The notes beneath the pieces are model-generated. The model ran no database searches and was not told the DNA's origin. It saw only the letters and a list, made by a program, of their open reading frames with translations. The translations under genes were made by a program, and so were the position numbers. A stretch of DNA of 33,862 bases from Micavibrio sp. (GTDB taxonomy: Bacteria; Pseudomonadota; Alphaproteobacteria; Micavibrionales; CSBR16-224), in contig JALTWL010000301.1 in assembly GCA_027047045.1 (NCBI GenBank), positions 1-33,862 of the forward strand, in the 5' to 3' direction. This document shows, one piece after another, positions 1 through 8,414 of this stretch. Positions within the stretch are counted from its first letter, which is position 1; the number at the start of each line of letters is the position of its first letter.

Positions 1-89
1 TACTAAATGATGTATCTATAAAAGAAAATGAATTATTAGAGGCTTTAAAATCTCTGGGATATGCCATTTTAAATGATAAAGATGGATAA
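1..89 (+). CDS. 3' end of an upstream gene (partial), possibly DUF721/DciA-like
   Basis: Open frame from position 3 reads LNDVSIKENELLEALKSLGYAILNDKDG, stop TAA 87-89. The 'L..AL..LG.AIL' tail resembles alphaproteobacterial DUF721 C-termini, but only 28 codons are visible. Confidence 0.35.
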   Translation, partial: LNDVSIKENELLEALKSLGYAILNDKDG

Positions 90-164
90 AATATTGCATA
101 TATTTATATAAACTGTTATGAACACAGTTAATAATATTTTCTAAAAAAGTTGGAGCGTAAAATT

Positions 165-731
165 ATGAAAGTCAATGCAATTACTATTCGTGCAGGTAAT
201 ATTTTAGATTACAATGACAAACTTTGGGTAGTTTTAAAGAGCGATATTAACCAGCCAGGCAAAGGGGCGGCAGTCATACAGGTTGAGATGCGTGATATTG
301 CCAGTGGTAATAAAACGAATGTTAGATTTAGAACTCAAGAAGTTGTAGAAAGAGTGCGAGTTGATGAAGTTGAATATCAATTTTTATTTGCTGATGGTGA
401 TGATTTTACTTTCATGAATAACAATACTTATGAGCAAATTATAATTTCTAAAGAAATGATAGGTGATGCGGCTGTTTACTTACAAGATGGTATGATGGTA
501 ATGGTTAAAATACATGAAGGAAAACCACTAGGTGTGGAGCTGCCCACCCAAGTTACAATGAAAATTGTTGAGGCAGACCCTGTTGTTAAAGGACAAACTG
601 CATCTTCATCGTACAAGCCCGCAATGCTTGAAAATGGGGTTAGAATTTTGGTGCCTCCCCATATTGAGGCGGGTACAAAAATTGTAGTTAAAACAGCTGA
701 TAATAGCTATGTAGAGCGGGCTAAAGACTAG
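165..731 (+). CDS. efp: translation elongation factor P
   Basis: PGKG loop, KTNVRFR, YQFLF.DG, C-terminal GQTASSSYKPAMLENG...VPPHI. GGAG at 152-155 favours ATG 165 over TTG 150. Confidence 0.97.
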   Translation: MKVNAITIRAGNILDYNDKLWVVLKSDINQPGKGAAVIQVEMRDIASGNKTNVRFRTQEVVERVRVDEVEYQFLFADGDDFTFMNNNTYEQIIISKEMIGDAAVYLQDGMMVMVKIHEGKPLGVELPTQVTMKIVEADPVVKGQTASSSYKPAMLENGVRILVPPHIEAGTKIVVKTADNSYVERAKD

Positions 732-767
732 TTACTAAATTTTTAAATAAAAAGGATTTTACAAGAT

Positions 768-1574
768 ATGGTTATGGCTAAATACTCAGCAAATATCAAT
801 GTTATGGTCAGGGCGGCTGAAAAAGCCGCACGTAGCCTGCTCCGTGACTTTGGAGAAGTAGAACAATTACAAGTATCAAAAAAAGGACCTGCTGATTTTG
901 TATCTGCTGCAGATATTAGGGCGGAAGAAATAATCCAAAAAGAATTAAGCCGAGCAAGACCAGATTTTGGCTTTTTGATGGAAGAAAAAGGTTTAATTGA
1001 GCCAAAAAATTCATCTAATAGCAGATGGATTATTGACCCTTTAGATGGCACAACCAATTTTTTACATGGAATACCGCATTGGGCTATATCTATTGCTTTG
1101 GAAGAAAATAATATTATTATCGCAGGTGTTATATATGACCCAATAAAAGATGAGCTTTTTTGGGCAGAAAAAGGCTCTGGCGCTTTTATGAGCAACAAAA
1201 GGCTTAGGGTTTCTGGGCGTCGCAATATACAAGATACAGTAATTGCAATTGCCACCCCCAATATAGGGCATGAAGAAAATATCCATAGCGAATTTGCCAC
1301 GCAACTAGCATCAGTGATAAAAGCGGTTACTGCGACTAGACGTTTGGGTGCGGCCGCCCTAGATTTGGCATATGTTGCAGCTGGGCGTTTTGATGGTTTT
1401 TGGGAAATGAACTTAAGCCCATGGGACGTTGCCGCAGGCTCTATAATAATCAAAGAAGCTGGTGGATATATTACTGATATTGATGGTATGAATAATTACA
1501 TATATGGAAAATCTGTTGTTGCTGCCAATCCAAATATACAAAAAGACCTGCGGGCAATGGTAAATAATAAATAA
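768..1574 (+). CDS. suhB: inositol monophosphatase family protein (SuhB)
   Basis: DFVSAAD, WIIDPLDGTTNF, RRLGAAALDLAYVAAGR, LSPWDVAAG motifs; follows efp. Confidence 0.95.
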   Translation: MVMAKYSANINVMVRAAEKAARSLLRDFGEVEQLQVSKKGPADFVSAADIRAEEIIQKELSRARPDFGFLMEEKGLIEPKNSSNSRWIIDPLDGTTNFLHGIPHWAISIALEENNIIIAGVIYDPIKDELFWAEKGSGAFMSNKRLRVSGRRNIQDTVIAIATPNIGHEENIHSEFATQLASVIKAVTATRRLGAAALDLAYVAAGRFDGFWEMNLSPWDVAAGSIIIKEAGGYITDIDGMNNYIYGKSVVAANPNIQKDLRAMVNNK

Positions 1575-1596
1575 AAGTTTTTAAGATTATTAGGCT

Positions 1597-2394
1597 ATGA
1601 ATTTTTTAAAAAATAACAATAAATTACACATTAAAACCATACTAAATTTTTACAAATTTTTTGGAATTTTAGCTTTATTATTTGTGTTTTTTATCTCTTC
1701 TAAAAAAAAAAAAAAAAAAAAAAAACAAATAAATAAAATGGGGCCTCTTTTAACTATCCCATATATTTTACAGGAACAAGAACAAAAAAACACCAATCAA
1801 TTACAGAAAAAAAAGCTTTTAACTTTACCTTTTTATGATACAGATATTACAAATCCGATAAAAAAAACTAATAAAAACGATATTTATTGGGAATATAAAA
1901 AGCCATCTTCAAAGCCCAAATATAAAGTTAAAAATAAATTTATAAACCAACCTAAAAATACTGTGAATAAAATAAATATAAAAAAAGCACCTCTTTTACC
2001 AGTAAAAAAGGTAGAATTACCAGTGCCAGAACTGCCCCCAACTTCTATATTAGAAACTTTTGACAACAAAAATATCAAAAAAGATGAAATTTTAAACAAT
2101 ATTATTTTTGAGAGAAACAGCACTGATATCACACCAAATATTGAAGACAAGCTACAAAAACTTATAAAAAAATTAAATAACAATCCAAATTTAAGGGTAC
2201 AGCTACACGCCTTTGCAACTGGTATAGATGGTAATCTTAGTAGTGCTAGGCGAATATCACTTTCCAGAGCTTTGGCTATTCGTGAATATCTAAAATCAGC
2301 GGGTATTAGAACCACACGTATAGATGTAATGGCATTAGGGGACAACACAGACAAACAGCCAATAGATAGAGTGGATTTTATTTTTATTAAATAA
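1597..2394 (+). CDS. OmpA/MotB-like peptidoglycan-binding protein with N-terminal membrane anchor
   Basis: Hydrophobic segment FFGILALLFVFFI, Lys/Pro-rich linker, C-terminal IIFERNST...ARRISLSRALAIREYL...IDVMALG...DRVD OmpA_C-like motif. Confidence 0.8.
   Translation: MNFLKNNNKLHIKTILNFYKFFGILALLFVFFISSKKKKKKKKQINKMGPLLTIPYILQEQEQKNTNQLQKKKLLTLPFYDTDITNPIKKTNKNDIYWEYKKPSSKPKYKVKNKFINQPKNTVNKINIKKAPLLPVKKVELPVPELPPTSILETFDNKNIKKDEILNNIIFERNSTDITPNIEDKLQKLIKKLNNNPNLRVQLHAFATGIDGNLSSARRISLSRALAIREYLKSAGIRTTRIDVMALGDNTDKQPIDRVDFIFIK
1702..1725 (+). repeat. A24 homopolymer (eight AAA Lys codons) inside the OmpA-like gene
   Basis: 24 consecutive A read directly, in frame. Confidence 0.9.
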
Positions 2395-2548
2395 CTATTC
2401 ACAAATATTTATAAGTAAACAATTATCCTAATCCCCTCCTTTTTTTGGTTATATTATAGTCATTTTTAAAGTTATATAGATATTCTTAAAATTATTTAGA
2501 CTATTGGTTTAAGCCTGCATGTACTAGATTATGCGAAATTACATTTCT

Positions 2549-2594
2549 GGGGGGAGAGTAAGTAATGTAAGTGGTTTTAAAAATAACTACAAAA
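2549..2594 (+). repeat. intergenic repeat copy A (inverted relative to 24521-24562)
   Basis: G6 then GTAAGTGGTTTTAAAAATAACTACAAAA (2567-2594), 24/28 identical to the reverse complement of 24521-24548. Confidence 0.5.
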
Positions 2595-2607
2595 GCTAAT
2601 TATAAAA

Positions 2608-3276
2608 TTATGGCCTAAAGCTAGTCTTTTTATCATTTTGTTTTTTGTATCCGCTAGAAATAATATTATTAGCTTTTAATTTAGCTATTTTTCTTGCAAT
2701 TTCTTTTAAGTCTATTTCTACTGTATATCCTTTTTTAATATATGGTTTTACTTTTTCCATTTCTCGCAGAACATCTTCTTTGAACTGCTTGTCTTTATGC
2801 CAATCCTTCCTTGCAACAGGATAGTAATTAGGGGCGGTAAACATTTTTATAACCTCTGGCCAATGTCTTTCCAACGTCATTACAAAGCGCCTAGATGCGT
2901 GTATTTGCCCAATTGCAACTAAAGAATTAACATTTTTAAGCCCTATTTCTTTATCAATCAAATCCATGGAATAAATTACATTTTCACCAGTATTTGTTGC
3001 CTTGTCTTCAACAATTATATTTTCTTTTGGAATACCCCAACCAATTAAACGAGCCTGCATTCTATCAGCTTCCATAGTACCATCATCGGTTGCAACACCA
3101 CCAGATACAATAATTTTTTTAAAAAATCCCTGCTTATATAATTTAGCTGCGTGATCTGCAAGTTGATCCGCTTTCATTCCACCGAAAATTATACAGATAT
3201 CAGCCTTTACAACTTCTGTTTCAATTAGCATATAACTGGCTATTTTTTTTGCTATAAATTTACTAACGTTTTCCAT
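2608..3276 (-). CDS. YdcF/DUF218 (SanA/ElyC-like) family protein
   Basis: ADICIIFG, IIVSGG, EADRM, IIVEDKATNTGENV, H.xR motifs. Start is either 3276 (MENVSK) or 3300. Confidence 0.88.
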   Translation of the reverse strand: MENVSKFIAKKIASYMLIETEVVKADICIIFGGMKADQLADHAAKLYKQGFFKKIIVSGGVATDDGTMEADRMQARLIGWGIPKENIIVEDKATNTGENVIYSMDLIDKEIGLKNVNSLVAIGQIHASRRFVMTLERHWPEVIKMFTAPNYYPVARKDWHKDKQFKEDVLREMEKVKPYIKKGYTVEIDLKEIARKIAKLKANNIISSGYKKQNDKKTSFRP

Positions 3277-3370
3277 AATGCCCAATAATAGCACAAGCAT
3301 TAAATCCGAGTCAAGATTTTTATGTGAAAAAATTTTTACTTGGATAATTCTTTAAATAAAATAAATCATA

Positions 3371-3781
3371 TTAAATTATATTTTCTATGATTTGACTATT
3401 TAGTTGAGATTTTACAAAAGCGTAATTGGCACCTGCTTTTTTAACTTCTTCAAAAGTTATATTGCCAGCAAGTCCTGTCAATACCACCAGTTTAGTTGCC
3501 CCACATTTTTTCTTCATAGTCCTAACAGAAGACACTCCATAGTCATCGGGTAAATTTAAATCCAGAAATATTATATCAAAATCTTCTTCTTTTATACAAT
3601 TATATGCACAATACATAGTTTCTGCATGTGTTACTAATATGTCATAGTTTTTTATTTGTGATACCAAATCTTTAAATAAAATCACATCTCCTGGATTATC
3701 TTCAACCAGTAAGATTTTTTTTGTAAAATTTGTTGAAAATGAAATATTAAAATGACCTACGTCTTCATAATTATTGCTCAT
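3371..3781 (-). CDS. single-domain response regulator (receiver only)
   Basis: ILLVEDNPGD, DIIFLDLNLPD (phospho-Asp), LVVLTG, conserved Lys in FVKS; no output domain. Confidence 0.9.
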   Translation of the reverse strand: MSNNYEDVGHFNISFSTNFTKKILLVEDNPGDVILFKDLVSQIKNYDILVTHAETMYCAYNCIKEEDFDIIFLDLNLPDDYGVSSVRTMKKKCGATKLVVLTGLAGNITFEEVKKAGANYAFVKSQLNSQIIENII

Positions 3782-3808
3782 ATCTTTTGCCTTATATATC
3801 TTTAAATA

Positions 3809-4246
3809 TTAAAACTTAGATGGTCTTTCAACCACCCTAAACCAAAATTTTTCTATAGTTTTTACAATATATTCTAATTTGTCTGGATCTGATGGTTTGA
3901 CTATATAGCCACTAACATAATTATCATATGCACAAGAAATATCTTGTTTTGTAGCAGAGCTACTCATAATCAATACAGGTATTTTTTTTAATTTTGGAGT
4001 AGCTTTTATATATTTTAGTATATCATGTCCTTCCATATCAGGTAAATTTAGATCTAACAATACAATATCCGGTGTTGGTGTATTTTCTTTACCATTTTTT
4101 TTATTTAATATGTCCAAAGCCTCAAAGCCATTATTAGCGATTTGTATATTATGCATTAGCTTTAGCGTCTTAAGCGCTGTTATAAATAAAATTACATCTC
4201 CTGGATTATCTTCAATAATCAATATTTCTATTGGTTCTTGTTCCAT
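3809..4246 (-). CDS. single-domain response regulator, Rcp1-like
   Basis: ILIIEDNPGD, PDIVLLDLNLP, IPVLIMSSS, YIVKP and C-terminal I.KFW typical of Rcp1-type receivers. Confidence 0.92.
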   Translation of the reverse strand: MEQEPIEILIIEDNPGDVILFITALKTLKLMHNIQIANNGFEALDILNKKNGKENTPTPDIVLLDLNLPDMEGHDILKYIKATPKLKKIPVLIMSSSATKQDISCAYDNYVSGYIVKPSDPDKLEYIVKTIEKFWFRVVERPSKF

Positions 4247-4273
4247 GTATTTTCCATTATTTAGTGCTTTTAC

Positions 4274-5917
4274 TTAAGCTAGTTTATTATTTAATTTTGG
4301 TATAGTAAATCTAAATATTGCACCTTTGTTAATTTCACCTTCTGCCCATATTTTTCCACCATGAGCATTTACTATCTTTTTACACATAGCAAGCCCAATA
4401 CCTGTGCCTGGATATTTGGCTTGAGTATGCAATCTTTTAAATACTTTAAATATTCTATCTGCTTGGTTGGGGTCAAAGCCAATTCCTCTATCTTCTATAG
4501 TAAATATATATTCGTATTCATTTTCTGTAGCCGATATTTTTATTACTTGCCTTTCATCTGTTTTTATATATTTTAAGGCGTTTCCTATTAAATTTTGAAA
4601 AACTCGCATAATATTTACCTTATTGCCATATATTTTGGGTAATTTAGAAACTTTTATACATGCATTTGTTTCATTTATTTGCTCAGTTAGATTTTTAGTA
4701 ACAATTTCAACTATATCATTACAGTTAAGTAGATCATAACTAACAGCCTCTTGCCCCAATCTAGAGTAAGCAAGTAAATCAACTATCAATTCTTGCATTC
4801 TAACTGCTGCATTGCAGGCATAATCTATATATTCTCTGCCCATATCATCTAACTTATCGTTATAATCGCGTTTTAACAATTTTGTAAAACTAGATACCAT
4901 TCTAAGTGGCTCTTGCAAATCATGTGATGCGGCGTATGCAAATTGCTCTAATTCTTCGTTTGTTTGGTTTAATTTATCTAAAGTTTTTTCTAAGTTATTT
5001 TGTGATTTTTCCAACGATTTATATGTTTTGATATGCAAAAGCACCATTCCTATAAAGGGGATAGCATATGAAAATATTTTCAATATATGGGCAATATAAA
5101 AATCACTGTCATATAGTTCAGTTGAGCCAAATGCCATATGTATTTCTAAAATAATAGATGGTATCACCATAAGTAATATTGCAAAGCTAAGATAATTATT
5201 TAATTTTTTATGCAATGATAAAAAAATAGGAATAGCAAAAATCGATATAATAATCGGTACAATATCAAAAGGTCTAGAAATAACAAAATCAGGATATATT
5301 GCTTGTGGTAAATTTAAATTTATAGACATTAAATAATTAAAAATATAAGCAGCTACTGCAAACAATATACATAGTAATATTATTGTTCTAAATTCATAAT
5401 TATTATTCTTTTTTTTATTTTGGGATTTATTTAAGCTAACCATCGCAAAAACAGCCCCCATAACTAATATAAATATATTAAAAATGCGAGAAACCGCCCA
5501 AGTAACTGCTATAAGTTCACCATTGCCAATAGTAGCTTCTAATATTCGTAACGATGAAAGTGCATTAAGTGCATCTGTTATGCTAGAAAAGAAAAGTGTC
5601 ATGCCTATTATTTGGGTTGTTACTGCTTTAGATATTTTAAAATATGAAAAAGCAAGTATCATACTTACCATAGCAATAATTACAGCTGTCCACTCTAAAA
5701 TACCGTGCAATATTTGGTTTTTCAGTAAAGGAAGTAATGTATCTTCATTTATTTTACCATCATTATATAAATTTATATTTTCCAATGGTGGAGTTTTAAA
5801 ATTAAAATTCACCCCCAATATTTTTAATAAAAATGGTGTCAAAGATATAGCAAATACAGCGATTATAATAACAGTATTATTGGTATAATTTAGTTTATTT
5901 GAAAGTTTAAATTCCAT
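4274..5917 (-). CDS. membrane sensor histidine kinase (polytopic, MASE3-like input; Cph1/COG4251-type kinase core)
   Basis: About 7-8 hydrophobic helices, H-box LEQFAYAASHDLQEPLRMV, N box VFQNLIGNALKY, DRGIG, F box IFKVFKRLH, GTGIGLA. The MASE3 assignment is from recollection of the HxxLEW motif. Confidence 0.9.
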   Translation of the reverse strand: MEFKLSNKLNYTNNTVIIIAVFAISLTPFLLKILGVNFNFKTPPLENINLYNDGKINEDTLLPLLKNQILHGILEWTAVIIAMVSMILAFSYFKISKAVTTQIIGMTLFFSSITDALNALSSLRILEATIGNGELIAVTWAVSRIFNIFILVMGAVFAMVSLNKSQNKKKNNNYEFRTIILLCILFAVAAYIFNYLMSINLNLPQAIYPDFVISRPFDIVPIIISIFAIPIFLSLHKKLNNYLSFAILLMVIPSIILEIHMAFGSTELYDSDFYIAHILKIFSYAIPFIGMVLLHIKTYKSLEKSQNNLEKTLDKLNQTNEELEQFAYAASHDLQEPLRMVSSFTKLLKRDYNDKLDDMGREYIDYACNAAVRMQELIVDLLAYSRLGQEAVSYDLLNCNDIVEIVTKNLTEQINETNACIKVSKLPKIYGNKVNIMRVFQNLIGNALKYIKTDERQVIKISATENEYEYIFTIEDRGIGFDPNQADRIFKVFKRLHTQAKYPGTGIGLAMCKKIVNAHGGKIWAEGEINKGAIFRFTIPKLNNKLA

Positions 5918-5963
5918 AAAATATCTTTTATATTGATTTTAGAAATACTAAAATAATATAATT

Positions 5964-5992
5964 ATGATATAGCTCATGTAAAATCTTATCAA
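5964..5992 (-). promoter_or_regulatory. putative sigma70 promoter for the histidine kinase
   Basis: Minus strand TTGATA-N17-TATCAT, 47 bp upstream of ATG 5917; chance matches are likely in AT-rich DNA. Confidence 0.4.
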
Positions 5993-5996
5993 GTAG

Positions 5997-6260
5997 CTAT
6001 TCTATATCTTTTAAGGTTAATATTTTATTATTTGTATCTCGGTCATTTATATTTTTTAATATCATTTGGTAAAGTTGATCGCATTTTTTCCATATTTCTT
6101 TAGAGCTGTGAGTTTTTTCATATTCTGCTATAATTTTAATTATAGCCTCATCTAGTATTTTAACTATATTTTCCATTTTATATATGTCTGCCTCTGCTAG
6201 CGCATATAGTACTAAAGATAAAATATGTTCCGTTATTTTTTCTGTTATTGCATCTGTCAT
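5997..6260 (-). CDS. small helical hypothetical protein immediately downstream of luxI
   Basis: 87-aa ORF, ATG 14 bp after the luxI stop, amphipathic helical pattern; no family recognised. Confidence 0.65.
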   Translation of the reverse strand: MTDAITEKITEHILSLVLYALAEADIYKMENIVKILDEAIIKIIAEYEKTHSSKEIWKKCDQLYQMILKNINDRDTNNKILTLKDIE

Positions 6261-6274
6261 TTGATTTTCTTTCG

Positions 6275-6901
6275 CTAATAATGTTTGTTATAGGGTATTT
6301 CTTGAAGAACTGGATATTTAATATTTGTTTTATTTCTAACATTTTGGAGAGTCTTTTTTGATATATGCAACATTCCTGCTATATTTTTTCGCCCGCCTCC
6401 ATAAGGTTTATTTTTACCCAAAAAATCAATGGACCAGCCATTTTTTATAAAAACAGAGCGCCATATTCCAATTGGCATCATACCTATTATAGCTTTAATT
6501 TCGTGACTAATTGCGTATTCCAAATATGCGCAAACTATTTCTTTTATAATCAGCTCTCTCAAAGAGTTACAAATTTGACTATCAACACAAAATCGTGAGC
6601 CTTCCCAAATTTTAGAAGAATTGGGAAGTTTAATTTTATCTACACTTTCAGGCCATAAATCCTTTATCATATATGGTCTATTTGTTGGAATTAACCTAGA
6701 TGTTCCTCTAACCGTTCCATTTTTGTCTTGCCAAACCAAATATGTAGTTGCTGGATTATCATATATGTCATATTCCATACCCTCCCATTCTGACAGCCCC
6801 CAAGCCTGCCTTTTTATAAAAGATTTATATCTAAGTTCATATTGTGAAGATAAAGCTTGTCCAAAAAAATGAGATGTTTTGCACGTAATACAGTTAATCA
6901 T
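6275..6901 (-). CDS. luxI: acyl-homoserine lactone synthase (LuxI family)
   Basis: Conserved R-x3-F-x5-W (LRYKSFIKRQAW), E-x-D-x2-D (EYDIYD), RLIPT..PYM, IWEGSRF; SD AAGGAG upstream. Confidence 0.93.
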   Translation of the reverse strand: MINCITCKTSHFFGQALSSQYELRYKSFIKRQAWGLSEWEGMEYDIYDNPATTYLVWQDKNGTVRGTSRLIPTNRPYMIKDLWPESVDKIKLPNSSKIWEGSRFCVDSQICNSLRELIIKEIVCAYLEYAISHEIKAIIGMMPIGIWRSVFIKNGWSIDFLGKNKPYGGGRKNIAGMLHISKKTLQNVRNKTNIKYPVLQEIPYNKHY

Positions 6902-6904
6902 TAC

Positions 6905-6963
6905 TGTGATTCTCCTTAACTCTTAGATAGTTTTTAAAAACCAATCGGTTAAGTAAAATCACA
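6905..6963 (-). promoter_or_regulatory. 5' leader hairpin sequestering the luxI Shine-Dalgarno
   Basis: Arms 6948-6963 and 6905-6920 pair at 15 of 16 positions in the mRNA (one G-U), covering AAGGAG. Confidence 0.55.
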
Positions 6964-6984
6964 ACAAATTATTTGTATTTAGAA

Positions 6985-7004
6985 AACTACAAGTTTTTGT
7001 AGTA
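6985..7004. promoter_or_regulatory. lux/las-box-like LuxR-family operator
   Basis: AACTACAAGTTTTTGTAGTA: NNCT-N12-AGNN with perfect 7-bp arms ACTACAA/TTGTAGT, centred about 93 bp upstream of the luxI ATG. Confidence 0.7.
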
Positions 7005-7062
7005 TTTTTTTTGCAAATACTAGTTTAGAATCATGCCTATTTTTTAAGTGTAGTTGTAACAA

Positions 7063-8409
7063 TCACCGCTCATGAAGTGAATTTTTAAGAGCTTTTTTAA
7101 ATGGAGTAATTATATAACTCATAATAGTTTTTTTTCCCGTCATAATATCAACACTTGCGGTCATACCTGCAATTATAGGTAATTTTTCTTGATTATATTC
7201 AATTGCTTTTTTATCACTTTCAAGGGTAACTCTATAGAAATTTTCTCTATATTCGTTAACAATTGTATCTGCGCTTATTTCTTTAACAGTTGCCTCTATT
7301 CCGCCATATGTTTCATAGTCATAGGCGGTAATTTTAACTATTGCTTTTTGTTCTGGATAGATAAAAGCAATATCCGCAGGAGAAATAGAGGCCTCAATTA
7401 TCAAATTATCATTCGAAGGTACGATTTCCATTATCGTTTCTCCTGGCTTTACGACTCCACCAATTGTAGTGATTTTTATATCTTTAATTTTACCATCAAC
7501 TGGGGATAAAATCTCTGTTCTATTTGCTCTATCTTGATAGCTCAGTAGAGCCTCTGTCAAGCTAGCCAGCTCAGTTGTTTTTTGTGATATTTCTTCTTTT
7601 ATTTTAGCCACCTCAGCACTATTTAGGCTTTTTATACGTTCTTCTGCCTCTTTTAGAGCTGATTTTGCTTTTTTTAGCCTAATTTTGGTATTGTTCACTT
7701 CGGCTTGTTGGGCGGCAATTTTACTATTTAATTGTAACAGTTCTATTTTAGATACAGTTCCTTTTTTCTCTAATGGAGCAATAACCGCATGTTCTTCTTT
7801 GGTCAAAGATAGAATTTTAATCGCCCCATTTAAAGTTTCTTCTAGCTCTTTAATTTCTTGTTTTTTCTGCTCTTTTTGCTGTTTTAAAATTTCTAGTTGA
7901 TTTTTATGTTGTTTTATATATGCGTAATAATTTTCTTTTTCAATTTTTACTATATTAGGAGCAGATAAAGTTAATTCTTCAGAAAATTGTGGCTCAGTAT
8001 TTTGTACGATTGCTTTTAGCTTTGCAATTGTTGCTTTCAGGGCAAAAGCTCTGTTTAAATTGGCTTGATATTCCGCATCTGCTTGTACATTTTTAATATT
8101 TACAAGTTTTTGCCCTTTTTTAACACTATCACCCTGTTTTACCAGTATTTTTTCTATTATTCCACCTTCTAAATTTTGTACAAGTTGAATTTTACTTGAT
8201 GGCACAACTTTGCCAACACCTCTTGTAACTTCATCAACTGTTGCAAAATTTGCCCATATTAAAAAGCTAAAAACTATAATTAAAATAGCATAAAGCAAAG
8301 CATAATCTTTCCAGCTGACTGTATTATAAGTGGCAAGTTTATCGTCATATTTATCGCCTAGCTCCATTTTTTTTAAATCTTGTTCTTTAATTTCCATTTT
8401 ATCCACCAT
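7063..8409 (-). CDS. type I secretion membrane fusion protein (HlyD/LapC family)
   Basis: N-terminal TM, DEVTRGVGKVVPS, QNLEGGII, coiled coil, SPVDG, GGVVKPGE.IMEIVP, ISADT, GMTASVDI.TGKKT, ends LHER. Confidence 0.95.
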   Translation of the reverse strand: MVDKMEIKEQDLKKMELGDKYDDKLATYNTVSWKDYALLYAILIIVFSFLIWANFATVDEVTRGVGKVVPSSKIQLVQNLEGGIIEKILVKQGDSVKKGQKLVNIKNVQADAEYQANLNRAFALKATIAKLKAIVQNTEPQFSEELTLSAPNIVKIEKENYYAYIKQHKNQLEILKQQKEQKKQEIKELEETLNGAIKILSLTKEEHAVIAPLEKKGTVSKIELLQLNSKIAAQQAEVNNTKIRLKKAKSALKEAEERIKSLNSAEVAKIKEEISQKTTELASLTEALLSYQDRANRTEILSPVDGKIKDIKITTIGGVVKPGETIMEIVPSNDNLIIEASISPADIAFIYPEQKAIVKITAYDYETYGGIEATVKEISADTIVNEYRENFYRVTLESDKKAIEYNQEKLPIIAGMTASVDIMTGKKTIMSYIITPFKKALKNSLHER

Positions 8410-8414
8410 TTATC

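Noticed and set aside
111-129. AACTGT-N7-ACAGTT palindrome upstream of efp
   Set aside because: Only 6-bp arms with no second instance; an operator cannot be told from chance or a weak terminator.
240-290. Unusual EF-P modification type
   Set aside because: The loop is the ordinary Lys-type PGKG, and no modification genes are in view.
4274-5917. Bacteriophytochrome call for the kinase
   Set aside because: Only the kinase core is Cph1-like; the input is a polytopic membrane domain, not PAS-GAF-PHY.
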